Source of the DNA: an uncultured Bifidobacteriaceae bacterium
GTDB taxonomy: Bacteria; Actinomycetota; Actinomycetes; Actinomycetales; Bifidobacteriaceae
NCBI GenBank assembly: GCA_947253155.1
Contig: CAMXYK010000005.1
Span: forward strand, 472 to 64,471
Length of the DNA: 64,000 bases
Direction of reading: 5' to 3'
Shown here piece by piece: positions 36,139 to 46,362 of the stretch. The translations under genes and the position numbers were made by a program. How positions within the stretch are numbered: the first letter of the stretch is position 1; the number at the start of each line of letters is the position of its first letter. A model generated the notes under the pieces. That model saw only the letters and a list, made by a program, of their open reading frames with translations, did no database searches and was not told the DNA's origin.

Positions 36139-38412
36139 TTAGTCAAAATCTTTATCTTCTTTAGTGCGAATAATGACTAATTGTTGTGTTGGCCTTGTCA
36201 TGGCAACATAAAGATTTGCTGCGGCAGTGAGCATAGAAGATGCTTCTTGCTCAATTTGAGAAGGCTGAAGCACAATCACTGCGTCGTATTCAAGTCCTTT
36301 TACTTCTTCAGCTGTGCAAACGCTGCATTGACGATCATCTGGATCTTGTTTATTAAGCTTAATCCATGTCTCTTCTGGCAATGCATGTTTTAATGCTTGA
36401 TTCACAACATCTTTAACGTGCTGGACTTTTTCTAAAGGAGTAACAATTGAGATTCGACCGCTTCCGTCATCTGCAACAAACTTTTTGAACATATCAACGC
36501 AGTACTTTGCTAATGCTTCTTCGCTCTCTTTCTCAGATTCAACAGTGCAAGATATCAACGAATCAGGAACAGAGCGCACAGCATGAACTGTAGATATGTA
36601 CAAGCCGGATTTTTTAGCAAGTTCACTTGAAACTTCGGAAACTTCGCGAGGATTACGATAATTAATCGTCAACTCGTAAAGATCCCAGTTTGCTTCTCCA
36701 AACAGAGAATTCATATTCTTTTGCCAACGGTGAGTTCCACCAAGAGAAGAAGTTTGTGCAACATCGCCAACAATAGTAAAGGAGCGTGAAGGGCATCGAC
36801 GAATAAGCATACGCCAATCCATAGCAGTAAGCTCTTGAGCTTCATCGACCACTATGTGACCATATGTCCATTCACGGTCTGATGCTGCTTTTCGAGCAAG
36901 CATACCAGCGTCATCTCCCTGCAAATTGTCAAGAAGCATATCTGCAGTTACTATTCCATTTCCAATACCGGCTTGAGCTAAAGTATCAGCTGCAAACTGT
37001 TGTTCTTCAAGCTTTTTAGCTTGTAGAGCGGCTTTTTGAGAATCAAGTTTAGGATCAGGTCCAAGTAATTCCATTGCTTCGTCAAGAAGTGGAATATCAG
37101 AACGTGTTAAAGGACTTCCCTTTGGCCTAGTAAGGCTTTCAATATCTTCTTCACTAAGCCAAGGAGCATATTTTCGCAACTTATCAGGCTTGGAAAAAAG
37201 CTGGTCTATAAGCCATTCTCCAGTCATAGGCAACCAAGAAAGATTAAGTGTAATGCGTAGCTTATCGTCTAAACGAAGTTGAGAAGTTATGTCGTTTAAT
37301 TCAGCCTGATCAGGAACGTAATCAAGCTGTTCCAAATAGCGGTTTTTCAATATGCTAAGAACAGTTTTAACAAATGTGTTACGTGCTTGATTATGAGGTT
37401 GGTGACTGCGTTGCGCATCGGATTGTGCAAGCTTAATATCCTCTTCTAAAAGTGGGACGCTAAATCCTCCAATATGCAATGTTGGAAGATTTTTTGGTAT
37501 GCGAATGCGCGACGCAATAGCGTTAGAAATAACTGTGCGCATCTTGTACATTCCCTTTAGCTTTGCTGCGTGAGGGGAATCTTCGCAAGTTGCATGTATT
37601 CCAGGAATTAAGTCTGCAATAGTACGGCTCACTACGCCAGTTTCACCTAAGGAAGGAAGTACTTGATCAATATAGCGCAAAAATGCTGAGCTTGGTCCAA
37701 CAATAAGAACGCCAGAACGTTCTAGCTTTCGTCGATGAGTATAAAGCAAGTATGCGGCGCGATGCAAAGCTACGGCCGTTTTTCCTGTTCCAGGTCCGCC
37801 TTGAACCACAATAGTTCGATCAAGAGGAGCTCGAATAATACGATCCTGCTCTGCCTGAATAGTGGCTACAATATCAGTCATTTTTCCGGTTCTGCGAGAT
37901 CCCAAAGAAGCAAGTAAAGCGCCTTCACCAGTAAGAGTTCCTTGCTGTGAAGCTTTTCCTACTTCTTCAGAATGTATATCAAGAACTTCGTCTTCAATAC
38001 CAATAACATCTCTGAAACGGAGAGTAATATGACGTCTCATAACAATATCGCCATGATGCGAAGGCGTGGCCTCATAAAAAGGTCGAGCAGCTTCAGCACG
38101 CCAATCTGTAAGAATAGGATCGTGCTCTTCGCTAAGCAAACCTATGCGGCCAATATAACGATGAGTACCTTCTGTATTGTCAAGTCTTCCAAAAACAAGA
38201 CGGTCTTCAACAGCACGTAATTGTGTAAGACGATCCTCGTACATAGTTGCAAAAGAATCACGTTCGGTTCGCTGAGTAGGGGATCCGTGAGAACCAGCTG
38301 CTCGAACTGTGTCTAAACGTGTACGAATAGTGTTGCGCAAGTCGTCGAGTCGACCGTAAGCGCGGTCAACAGCCTGCTGTTCTTCGCTAAGTTGTGAGGA
38401 ATAAGTAGACAT
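36139..38412 (-). CDS. HelD/HelR-family helicase-like RNA polymerase recycling factor
   Basis: FGRLD, DWRAEAA, IVATIQAEQD, GGPGTGKTAVALHRAAYL, VDEAQ, KGLEYD, YVAMTR. Confidence 0.85.
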   Translation of the reverse strand: MSTYSSQLSEEQQAVDRAYGRLDDLRNTIRTRLDTVRAAGSHGSPTQRTERDSFATMYEDRLTQLRAVEDRLVFGRLDNTEGTHRYIGRIGLLSEEHDPILTDWRAEAARPFYEATPSHHGDIVMRRHITLRFRDVIGIEDEVLDIHSEEVGKASQQGTLTGEGALLASLGSRRTGKMTDIVATIQAEQDRIIRAPLDRTIVVQGGPGTGKTAVALHRAAYLLYTHRRKLERSGVLIVGPSSAFLRYIDQVLPSLGETGVVSRTIADLIPGIHATCEDSPHAAKLKGMYKMRTVISNAIASRIRIPKNLPTLHIGGFSVPLLEEDIKLAQSDAQRSHQPHNQARNTFVKTVLSILKNRYLEQLDYVPDQAELNDITSQLRLDDKLRITLNLSWLPMTGEWLIDQLFSKPDKLRKYAPWLSEEDIESLTRPKGSPLTRSDIPLLDEAMELLGPDPKLDSQKAALQAKKLEEQQFAADTLAQAGIGNGIVTADMLLDNLQGDDAGMLARKAASDREWTYGHIVVDEAQELTAMDWRMLIRRCPSRSFTIVGDVAQTSSLGGTHRWQKNMNSLFGEANWDLYELTINYRNPREVSEVSSELAKKSGLYISTVHAVRSVPDSLISCTVESEKESEEALAKYCVDMFKKFVADDGSGRISIVTPLEKVQHVKDVVNQALKHALPEETWIKLNKQDPDDRQCSVCTAEEVKGLEYDAVIVLQPSQIEQEASSMLTAAANLYVAMTRPTQQLVIIRTKEDKDFD

Positions 38413-38751
38413 ATGCGTCCATTCTTCGTAAAATTTGCAACCAAATTGTATCCAAATTAAGGCATTTAAGTATATCTCGAGGCTTATACACTATTTTTCT
38501 CGTGTTGTGATATTTCAACTTGTTAAAAAGATTTTTTAAAAATTTACTGTATTTGCTTTGTATGCACAAAATACGATATAAACATATGTTTATAAGAGTT
38601 GATTTTGAATTATAAAGCGATAGAATTCTTGAGTTGTACAGCATAAAACGATTAAGAGAATATTCTTCGTTTTTGGTACCGCATAAAAGATTAAATGTAT
38701 TGCAGTATCACTGTTGATATTGCAAGCTTACGATACAGAAAGGTTGTTCTG

Positions 38752-39708
38752 ATGAAGAAGCTTATTCTTGATTTGGACACTGGCGTTGACGATACATTAG
38801 CAATTTCTTACGCCCTTGGTAGCCCAGAAGTTGAGCTTATTGGCATTACTGGAACTTATGGCAATGTTCTTATGGAACAGGGCGTGCGCAATGCTCTTGC
38901 TATTACTGACTTGTTTGGTCATCCAGAAGTGAAAGTGTATCGTGGTTTATCGCACGCAAGCAAGAAGGATTCATTTGAAGTATTGCCAATTTCTGCATTT
39001 ATCCATGGTGATAATGGTATTGGCGATGTTGTTATTCCAGATTCCAAGCGTGAAGCTGAGTCAGAACCAGCTGTTGATTTCATAATTGACGCAGTTAAGA
39101 CTTATGGCAAGGATCTTATTTATGTTCCAACTGGTCCTATGACAAATATTGCTGCTGCATTGCATAAGGCTCCAGAAATCAAAGATGAAATTGGCAAGAT
39201 TGTTCTTATGGGCGGCGCTCTTACAATTCATGGAAATGTAACTCCTTGGATGGAAGCTAATATTTCTCAAGATCCAGATGCAGCTGACGTTCTGTTCCGT
39301 TCTGGCGCTCCAGTAACAATGGTTGGTTTGGATGTAACATTGCAAACCTTGCTTACCTATAAGGAAACGCAACAGTGGCGTGATCTTGGCACAAAAGCTG
39401 GTAAGTTCCTTGCGGATATGACTGACTTCTACATTAAGGCTTACGAGACTACTGCTCCTCACCTTGGTGGCTGCGGTTTGCACGATCCGTTGGCTGTTGC
39501 AGTTGCTGTTGACCCAACGCTTGTAACTACGTTGCCGATTAACATGCAAGTGGATGTGGAAGGTCCAACTCGTGGCCGCACTATTGGTGATGTCACTCGT
39601 TTGAACGATCCAGTTAAAACTATGCAAGTAGCTGTTGGAGTAGATGTTAAACGCTTCTTGAGTGAATTTATGTCCCGCATTTCTGGTTTAGCAAAAATTG
39701 CAGGCTGA
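38752..39708 (+). CDS. Inosine-uridine preferring nucleoside hydrolase
   Basis: DLDTGVDD, HGDNG, GPMTN, EANI..DP, LHDPL; AGAAAGG RBS. Confidence 0.9.
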   Translation: MKKLILDLDTGVDDTLAISYALGSPEVELIGITGTYGNVLMEQGVRNALAITDLFGHPEVKVYRGLSHASKKDSFEVLPISAFIHGDNGIGDVVIPDSKREAESEPAVDFIIDAVKTYGKDLIYVPTGPMTNIAAALHKAPEIKDEIGKIVLMGGALTIHGNVTPWMEANISQDPDAADVLFRSGAPVTMVGLDVTLQTLLTYKETQQWRDLGTKAGKFLADMTDFYIKAYETTAPHLGGCGLHDPLAVAVAVDPTLVTTLPINMQVDVEGPTRGRTIGDVTRLNDPVKTMQVAVGVDVKRFLSEFMSRISGLAKIAG

Positions 39709-39810
39709 TAAGCTCCGTTTATTGCATCTAAAGCATCCTACTGCATCTTACAGTAGCTTGCATTAACTTAAATTATTTAAATATATACGTAATAAGTTGA
39801 TTGGATTATT

Positions 39811-41235
39811 ATGACTGAAAATGCAACATCTATTGCAGTAGATCCATATGAGGATCCTAAAACTCGTGATAAGGTGGCGATTTATTCGCTTATTTTATTG
39901 CTGATTACCTTTATTCTTGGCACATTGTGCTTGCAAGGCTTTAACTTGGTATTTAACCAGATTGGTAAGTCTGTTGGAGCGCCAGAACAGGCATCTCTTA
40001 TTACAAGTTTGCCTATTATTGTTCTTGGCATCGTGTGCTTTATTTATGGATCTCTTGGTGACTTTGTGTCGCTTCGTAGGCTTATAACAATCGGTTTGGT
40101 GACGCTGTTTGTTGGCTCATTATTTGGTTTTATTGCTAACTTCTACTTCACGCCAAATCTTTGGACTGTTATTGTAGCTCGAATTTTGCAAACTGCTGGC
40201 GAACAGGTTGCAGGATCTTCCTTCTTGGTTATTGCAACTAAGTATTTGCGTAATGATTTGAAGGTTATTTTCTTCGGACTCTTTACTGCAGCGTATCAGC
40301 TTTCTGCTTCTATTGGTGTGTTTGCAGCAGGTATTTTAAGCTCTATTGCTTGGCAATATTTGTTCCTTATTCCTGCAATAACAATCGTGTTCTTGCCAGT
40401 GCTTGTTAAATGCTTGCCTACAAAGAACGGTATTGGTGGAAAGATTGATAAGCTCGGCTTCACCGTATTCGGCATTGCCGTAACGCTTCTTACGCTGTTC
40501 TTCTCCTACAAGGCTTGGGGATTGTTGCTTGGTTCCATTGTGCTTTTCGTTTTGTTCGCTTTCTACATTATGAAGGCAAAGAACCCATTCGTAACTCCTG
40601 CATTCTTTAAGAATAAGCGTTGGCTTTCTGGCATTATTCTTATTTTCATCTTCTACTTCACTAATTACTGCATGCCTCCAATTTATAACGTTATTGGCGG
40701 CGCTATTTACCATATGGACACTAATAAGGTTTCTTCTTACCTTGTTTGGGCTTTCGTATGCGCTGCAGTATTTGGCGTGTTCTCCGGTACGATTATTAGT
40801 CATATTGGTCGCAAAGCCGGTATTATTACAGCAGCATTCTTGATGATTGTTGGCTGGGTTGGTGCAGCTTTGCTTATCAACACTGATTTCATGTCGCTTA
40901 CTATCTGCGCATGCATATACTACGCGGGTTGCGGTTTAATGTATTCTCCAATCGTTTCAACAGTTCTTTCTGCTCTTCCAGTTGAAGAATCCGGCCGTGG
41001 TTGCGGCATGAATGATTTGATTATGAACGTTACCGCTTCTATTGGTATTTCTATTTTCAGCGGTTTCTTTGGAGGAGATTTATTCAAAGGATTCTCCTTC
41101 AGCGGTCTTAGCGGACAGGCGGCAGGTTATTCCAATTTGCTTATGATGGGTGCTGCAGTAGCCATCATCGGTTTAGTGGTTTACTTGGTTCGTAGCTGCT
41201 TTATTTCTGAAAAGAAGGAACTTACTGAAGAATAG
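39811..41235 (+). CDS. MFS transporter (14-TM type), probably for nucleosides or ribose given context
   Basis: About 14 hydrophobic segments, GSLGDFVSLRR motif-A variant; operonic with the hydrolase. Confidence 0.75.
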   Translation: MTENATSIAVDPYEDPKTRDKVAIYSLILLLITFILGTLCLQGFNLVFNQIGKSVGAPEQASLITSLPIIVLGIVCFIYGSLGDFVSLRRLITIGLVTLFVGSLFGFIANFYFTPNLWTVIVARILQTAGEQVAGSSFLVIATKYLRNDLKVIFFGLFTAAYQLSASIGVFAAGILSSIAWQYLFLIPAITIVFLPVLVKCLPTKNGIGGKIDKLGFTVFGIAVTLLTLFFSYKAWGLLLGSIVLFVLFAFYIMKAKNPFVTPAFFKNKRWLSGIILIFIFYFTNYCMPPIYNVIGGAIYHMDTNKVSSYLVWAFVCAAVFGVFSGTIISHIGRKAGIITAAFLMIVGWVGAALLINTDFMSLTICACIYYAGCGLMYSPIVSTVLSALPVEESGRGCGMNDLIMNVTASIGISIFSGFFGGDLFKGFSFSGLSGQAAGYSNLLMMGAAVAIIGLVVYLVRSCFISEKKELTEE

Positions 41236-41294
41236 TCTAAATAGGCTAATAGTTAAGCAAAGTAAACAAAGTAATCAAAGTAAACAAAAATAAT

Positions 41295-41335
41295 AGTAGA
41301 CGGTCGTACAAAATACGTGCGACCGTCTACTTTTT
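41295..41335. terminator. Intrinsic terminator
   Basis: AGTAGACGGTCGTAC..GTGCGACCGTCTACTTTTT. Confidence 0.85.
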
Positions 41336-41361
41336 AGATACTTGTTTTTCGATACTTATTT

Positions 41362-44300
41362 TTATGCGTCTAGCTTTCGCATTCTTTGTATGCTAATTGG
41401 GTATGCTGTGCCAAGTTCTTGCGCCCAAAGTGACACATAAAACTCTTCGCACATCCAACGTAATTTTTCTGCTTTAGATTGTGCTTCATCATGAGACGGA
41501 CCAGATGGAAGTTTACTTGCTTTATCTTGTGCTTTTTCTACAATCTTGCGCGCTTCTTCAGCTTCCCAAGCCCATCGAACATCTCGATTTTTGTCTGCTT
41601 TAGCTTTAGTAAGTCTAATTACGTCTGCGTGTAAATATTTTTCAATACGAGGCAAAGACTCAGATGGTGTTTTAGCAATAAACCCTTCGTAAACAATGCT
41701 TGCAACATGCTCGCGAATAGATTGAAGCACCGATAGCAGCGGCAAATCAGCTTTTCCTGAAACAGCTTTACTTACTTCTGCTTGACGTTTCAAAATATTA
41801 ATAACATCGTGAGCAATCGCATACACTGTGTCTTCGTACACTTCGGATACGTTAGCAACAGCTTCTTGAAGCAAAGAGTCGTTGCTAATATTTTCCGTAT
41901 TAGGAAGCAAACGCTTTACTGCAGCCATTTGTAAATCTTCTGCAAGAGTTTTAGACGAAGAATAAGGTGCAGCTGCAAGAAGTAACGCTTCGGATCCAAG
42001 CCAGCGAGAAGTAATGCGTTTATCATCTAGTCTAAGCATGTTTAACGCACCATCCCACACCATTTGCGAGCGCGAAAGATTCGTAGCTCCAGACTTGTGC
42101 AATAAATCTGCTCGCTCAATCACATTTCCAGCTTGTGCTGCTTTATTCGCTTTACGGTTTACTACTGCGCGAGCTGATTCTCGAGCTTCTTTAGCAAAAC
42201 GTTGCTGTAATGCAACCAAGGACTTGTCGGTGCCAAGAACTGTAGGCTTTACGCGATTTGAATTGTTGCGAGCGTTATTTTTATTGCGATTTCCTGTAAA
42301 TTTCCGTTCTTCAACGCTGAATGTTACGCGCAAGTACGGTGCAAGTCTGCTTATTTGTTCATCGTCAAAAACTTCTGGATGAATTTGCGCTCCAACTACA
42401 CAAATAGCTGCTTTTGTGAAAACTTCACGAAAATCTGGCCACGCAAAATCACTTGATCTACTTGAATCGCTTGAGCTACTTGAATCACTTAAATCGTTGC
42501 CAGTTTCATCAATACCAGGAAGACTGCTGTAATTTTCGTCAATCCACTCGCGAATTTTATTAGCAGTATCCGGTGCCGGCACAAATTGCACGCGAAGTGC
42601 TTTTGGCAACGACTTAATCATGCCAATAATAAGCTCATCAAGTAAGCCTGGAACATTCCATGTAAACTCTTCAGGCGTTAAGCGAGAAAGCGTATGCAAT
42701 GGCACATGAACTGTTACGCCATCCAAAGGATTATGCGGATCATACACGTAGCTTAAGCGAAGTTTAAGAGCTTGTCCGTCGGTTCCAACAGTATTCCAAT
42801 GGTCAGGATAATCAGCTAAATCAGTGCTTTGAGCGGTTTGTAAACGCTCAACTTCTTCAGGATTAAAGTCAAGTTTGTGAGTATTTTCCTCGCGACTATC
42901 TTTCCACCATTTCGCAAGTGTTGTAATAGTAGTAGCTTCTTGCGGAAGATTTGTATCGTAAAAAGTAAATAAATCCTCGTCATTTACAGTTTCGCTTATT
43001 TGACGCGTGCGATTTGCTTGATTGTCAGCATCGTCAAGAACAGCACGATTAGACGTAATAAACTCATCGTGTGGGAATCGTTGCTGAACGTCGCCTTCAA
43101 CTAATCCTTGACGAATCATAATCATTCGTGCTTCATAAGGATTAATTCTTGCCCATTGAACTGTGCGATCTTGAACAATAGGCAATCCGTATAGCAATAC
43201 TTTAGATTTTGCTATAGCGGCGCCTTTAGAAGCGCTCCAGTGTGCGTCAGAATAGGTGATTCTTGTAAGATTTTTAGCAAGTGGCTCAGCCCAAGCAGGG
43301 TCTATTTGTGCGCAATATCTTGCCCAAAGTCTTGAAGTTTCAACCAATTCCGTGCACATTACCCATGAAGGTGTAGTTTTCGAAACAGAAGAAGCTGGAA
43401 ATATTGCGAATCTTGTGCCACGAGCGCCTTGATAATCATTTTTAGCCATTTTTTGAGCGCGTTTCATAGCTCTAATTTTTGCTGTTCCGCTTAAACCGGC
43501 AAAATCAGAAGCTTTCGGCTCGCGTACTACTTGCATTCCCAACATTGAAAGTAAGCCTGCAAGCATTGACGTATGTATGCCTTGTGAATCCCAAGAGCAA
43601 CAAAGACTGTGAGCAGCCTGCTGATTATTAGGAAGCTGACGAATTTCAAAAGACGGTCTTTTTGCAGGAATCGCTTCTCCAACTTTGTAATGTAACTCTT
43701 TGCACAAGTCTTGTAGCTGGTTTACTAAATCTTTCCATTGCTTTATGCGCAAAAAGTGGAAAAATTCAGCCTTGCATATTTTTCTAAGAGCATTATTGCT
43801 CATATCTCCGTCAGCCTGGAATAATCGATCCCATATGTTAAGAGCAGTCAAAAAATCGCTTGTTTCGTCTGCATAACGGTTATGAAGTCTATCTGCTTCT
43901 TCGCGTTGTTCTTCCATACGCTCGCGTGGATCTTGCAAACTCAAAAACGCAACAATTACCAAAACTGCAGCAAGAGTATTCGGAGTAGTTCGTTTTGCAG
44001 CTTCAACAATCATGCGGCCTAGTCGAATATCAATTGGTAATTTAGCAAGCTCGCGACCAATATGCGTTAAAGTAATTGCACCAAATTTTCTGCTTATTGC
44101 TCCAAGCTCGGTAAGCTCATTAAAACCATCGCTTACTGCCTTAATATCCGGAGGATCAATAAAACCAAAATTAGTAATATCTTCGCCTGTTTTAGCAACG
44201 CCAACTGAAAGCATGTGCAAAACTACTGCGCCAAGCGAAGTGCGCAAAATCTCAGGATCTGTAAAACGAGAGCGAGTCTCATAATCTTCGCGAGAATATA

Positions 44301-45477
44301 ATCGAATCGCAATACCGTCCGCAATACGTCCGCAACGGCCTGAACGCTGGTCAGCGCTTGCTTGAGAAATCGGCTCTATAGGAAGTCGCTGCACTTTTGC
44401 GGATTTAGAATACCTAGAAATCCTAGCAAAACCAGGGTCAACAACGTATCTAATACCAGGAACAGTAAGAGAAGTTTCTGCAACGTTAGTAGCAATAACA
44501 ATTCGCTGATGCGCGTGAGGTTCAAAAACGCGATGCTGATCTTTAGCAGAAAGACGCGCAAAAAGCGGCACTATTTCAATCGCATCCGTACGCTTCATAT
44601 CGCTCGCACGCACGCCAAAATAAGAGCGCAATCCTGCTTCAAATTCACGAATATCGCGCTCGCCAGAAGCAAAAACCATAATGTCACGAGCGCCTAGTTC
44701 GTGGCTGGAATGAATTACCAGCTGTGCGCACGCGCGAGTTACTGCAGCCGACATATCTTCGTCAGAAATGTCAGAACGATCACTTTCGCTTAACTGGCTT
44801 TCTGCAACAGAATCCTCATCCATAGTAATGTCTGCAAAACCAGGAACGTGACGCATAAGTGAAGGTGCGGAGCCAAGCGGCTCATAAAGTACTTTAACAG
44901 GGTATGTGCGTCCAGAAACTTCAATAACCGGAACCTTAATTCGTAACGCTTCTTCAAAATGGTCGCGGAATTTTGCAGAATCAATAGTTGCGGACGTAAT
45001 AATAAGCTTCAAATCTTTGCGTTTAGGTAGCAAAGTTGTTAAATATCCCAGTAGAAAATCAATATTAAGGCTGCGCTCGTGAGCTTCGTCAATAATAATC
45101 GTATCGTAGCGAGTAAGTAGAGGATCTCGCTGAATTTGCGCAAGTAAAATGCCGTCTGTGGCGATTAGAAGCTTTGTTTTAGATGAACTTTCATCGGTAA
45201 ATCGCACTTGATAACCGATTTCTTCACCGAGTTTTACTTCCATTTCGCTAGCAATACGCTCTGCTACGGTGCGCGCAGCTAAGCGTCTAGGCTGAGTGTG
45301 TATTATTTGCTTTCCTCTGCCGCCTCTTCCAAGTTCAAGCGCCATTTTTGGGATTTGCGTAGTTTTACCGGAACCAGTTTGTCCGGAAACAATCACAACT
45401 TGCGAAGATTTTATTGCTTCAATAATTTCGTCGTGTGCTGCGCAAATAGGAAGATCAGTAGGGTAGTCAAATTTCAT
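41362..45477 (-). CDS. hrpA: ATP-dependent RNA helicase HrpA
   Basis: GQTGSGKTTQ, TQPRR, DEAH, SAT, ATNVAETSLT, QRSGRCGR, C-terminal EEFYVSLWAQ. Confidence 0.93.
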   Translation of the reverse strand: MKFDYPTDLPICAAHDEIIEAIKSSQVVIVSGQTGSGKTTQIPKMALELGRGGRGKQIIHTQPRRLAARTVAERIASEMEVKLGEEIGYQVRFTDESSSKTKLLIATDGILLAQIQRDPLLTRYDTIIIDEAHERSLNIDFLLGYLTTLLPKRKDLKLIITSATIDSAKFRDHFEEALRIKVPVIEVSGRTYPVKVLYEPLGSAPSLMRHVPGFADITMDEDSVAESQLSESDRSDISDEDMSAAVTRACAQLVIHSSHELGARDIMVFASGERDIREFEAGLRSYFGVRASDMKRTDAIEIVPLFARLSAKDQHRVFEPHAHQRIVIATNVAETSLTVPGIRYVVDPGFARISRYSKSAKVQRLPIEPISQASADQRSGRCGRIADGIAIRLYSREDYETRSRFTDPEILRTSLGAVVLHMLSVGVAKTGEDITNFGFIDPPDIKAVSDGFNELTELGAISRKFGAITLTHIGRELAKLPIDIRLGRMIVEAAKRTTPNTLAAVLVIVAFLSLQDPRERMEEQREEADRLHNRYADETSDFLTALNIWDRLFQADGDMSNNALRKICKAEFFHFLRIKQWKDLVNQLQDLCKELHYKVGEAIPAKRPSFEIRQLPNNQQAAHSLCCSWDSQGIHTSMLAGLLSMLGMQVVREPKASDFAGLSGTAKIRAMKRAQKMAKNDYQGARGTRFAIFPASSVSKTTPSWVMCTELVETSRLWARYCAQIDPAWAEPLAKNLTRITYSDAHWSASKGAAIAKSKVLLYGLPIVQDRTVQWARINPYEARMIMIRQGLVEGDVQQRFPHDEFITSNRAVLDDADNQANRTRQISETVNDEDLFTFYDTNLPQEATTITTLAKWWKDSREENTHKLDFNPEEVERLQTAQSTDLADYPDHWNTVGTDGQALKLRLSYVYDPHNPLDGVTVHVPLHTLSRLTPEEFTWNVPGLLDELIIGMIKSLPKALRVQFVPAPDTANKIREWIDENYSSLPGIDETGNDLSDSSSSSDSSRSSDFAWPDFREVFTKAAICVVGAQIHPEVFDDEQISRLAPYLRVTFSVEERKFTGNRNKNNARNNSNRVKPTVLGTDKSLVALQQRFAKEARESARAVVNRKANKAAQAGNVIERADLLHKSGATNLSRSQMVWDGALNMLRLDDKRITSRWLGSEALLLAAAPYSSSKTLAEDLQMAAVKRLLPNTENISNDSLLQEAVANVSEVYEDTVYAIAHDVINILKRQAEVSKAVSGKADLPLLSVLQSIREHVASIVYEGFIAKTPSESLPRIEKYLHADVIRLTKAKADKNRDVRWAWEAEEARKIVEKAQDKASKLPSGPSHDEAQSKAEKLRWMCEEFYVSLWAQELGTAYPISIQRMRKLDA

Positions 45478-45502
45478 AATATGCGAGTTCTTTTCTTAAA
45501 TT

Positions 45503-46255
45503 TTAATTTCTTTTCACTTCAATAACTCGGTACCCTTTGGAACTTGCATATTTTTCAACGCTGTAGCTTTCGCCAAGATTTTCTGCAAGCCAAGTAATAA
45601 GTGAGTCTGATCCAAGATTTTTTTGCACAACAAGGTAAGCTTTTCCTCCCACTTTTAAGCGAGGAATCCAAGTAAGCAATATGTTGTGCAATATTTCTTT
45701 TCCAACGCGAATTGGAGGATTAGACCATATAATATCAAAATTATTAAATTCTAAAGTATTGTTTTCTTTAGAACTATTTTCTTTTAAAGCGTCATCTACT
45801 AAAGAAGTGTGAATATGCTTTAATCCAGCGTTTTTTGCGTTTAATTCAGTAAGCTCTAGCGCACGCTCATTAACATCAATTGCGAAAACTTCCGCTTCTG
45901 GAGATTCCAATCCAAAAGCGAGGCTAATAGGACCCCATCCGCAACCAATATCTAGGAATTTGCCTGATTTTGGCAACTCTGGAGCATGTTTAAGCAATAC
46001 AGAAGTGCCTAAATCAAGCCTAGAAGCACTAAATACGCCGTTAGAAACCTGCACAGTTACGTCATTGTCTATTAAAGTTACGTGTAAAGTGCGACGCTCG
46101 TCAATCGATGAAGGTTCAGCTGAAAAGTATTGTTCGCCACTTATTTTTTGTTGCTTTTGTTTATTCTGTTGCTTTTGCGTATTTTGTGGCTGTGCTTTTT
46201 TTGATTGGTTTGATTCTTGTAACTGCTTTGCTTTTTTCGATTGCTGCTTACTCAT
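45503..46255 (-). CDS. Class I SAM methyltransferase, RsmC/MTS-like
   Basis: GVFS..RLDLGT, LDIGCGWG, SNPPIRVGK. Confidence 0.85.
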   Translation of the reverse strand: MSKQQSKKAKQLQESNQSKKAQPQNTQKQQNKQKQQKISGEQYFSAEPSSIDERRTLHVTLIDNDVTVQVSNGVFSASRLDLGTSVLLKHAPELPKSGKFLDIGCGWGPISLAFGLESPEAEVFAIDVNERALELTELNAKNAGLKHIHTSLVDDALKENSSKENNTLEFNNFDIIWSNPPIRVGKEILHNILLTWIPRLKVGGKAYLVVQKNLGSDSLITWLAENLGESYSVEKYASSKGYRVIEVKRN

Positions 46256-46362
46256 AATTCGCTATTTGTTTGCTTTCGCATCGTTCTGTATTGTCGGCTC
46301 AATTAACCATAATAAAACAAACGTTGTAAAACGTCATTCACAATGGAATACAGGAGGGCATA

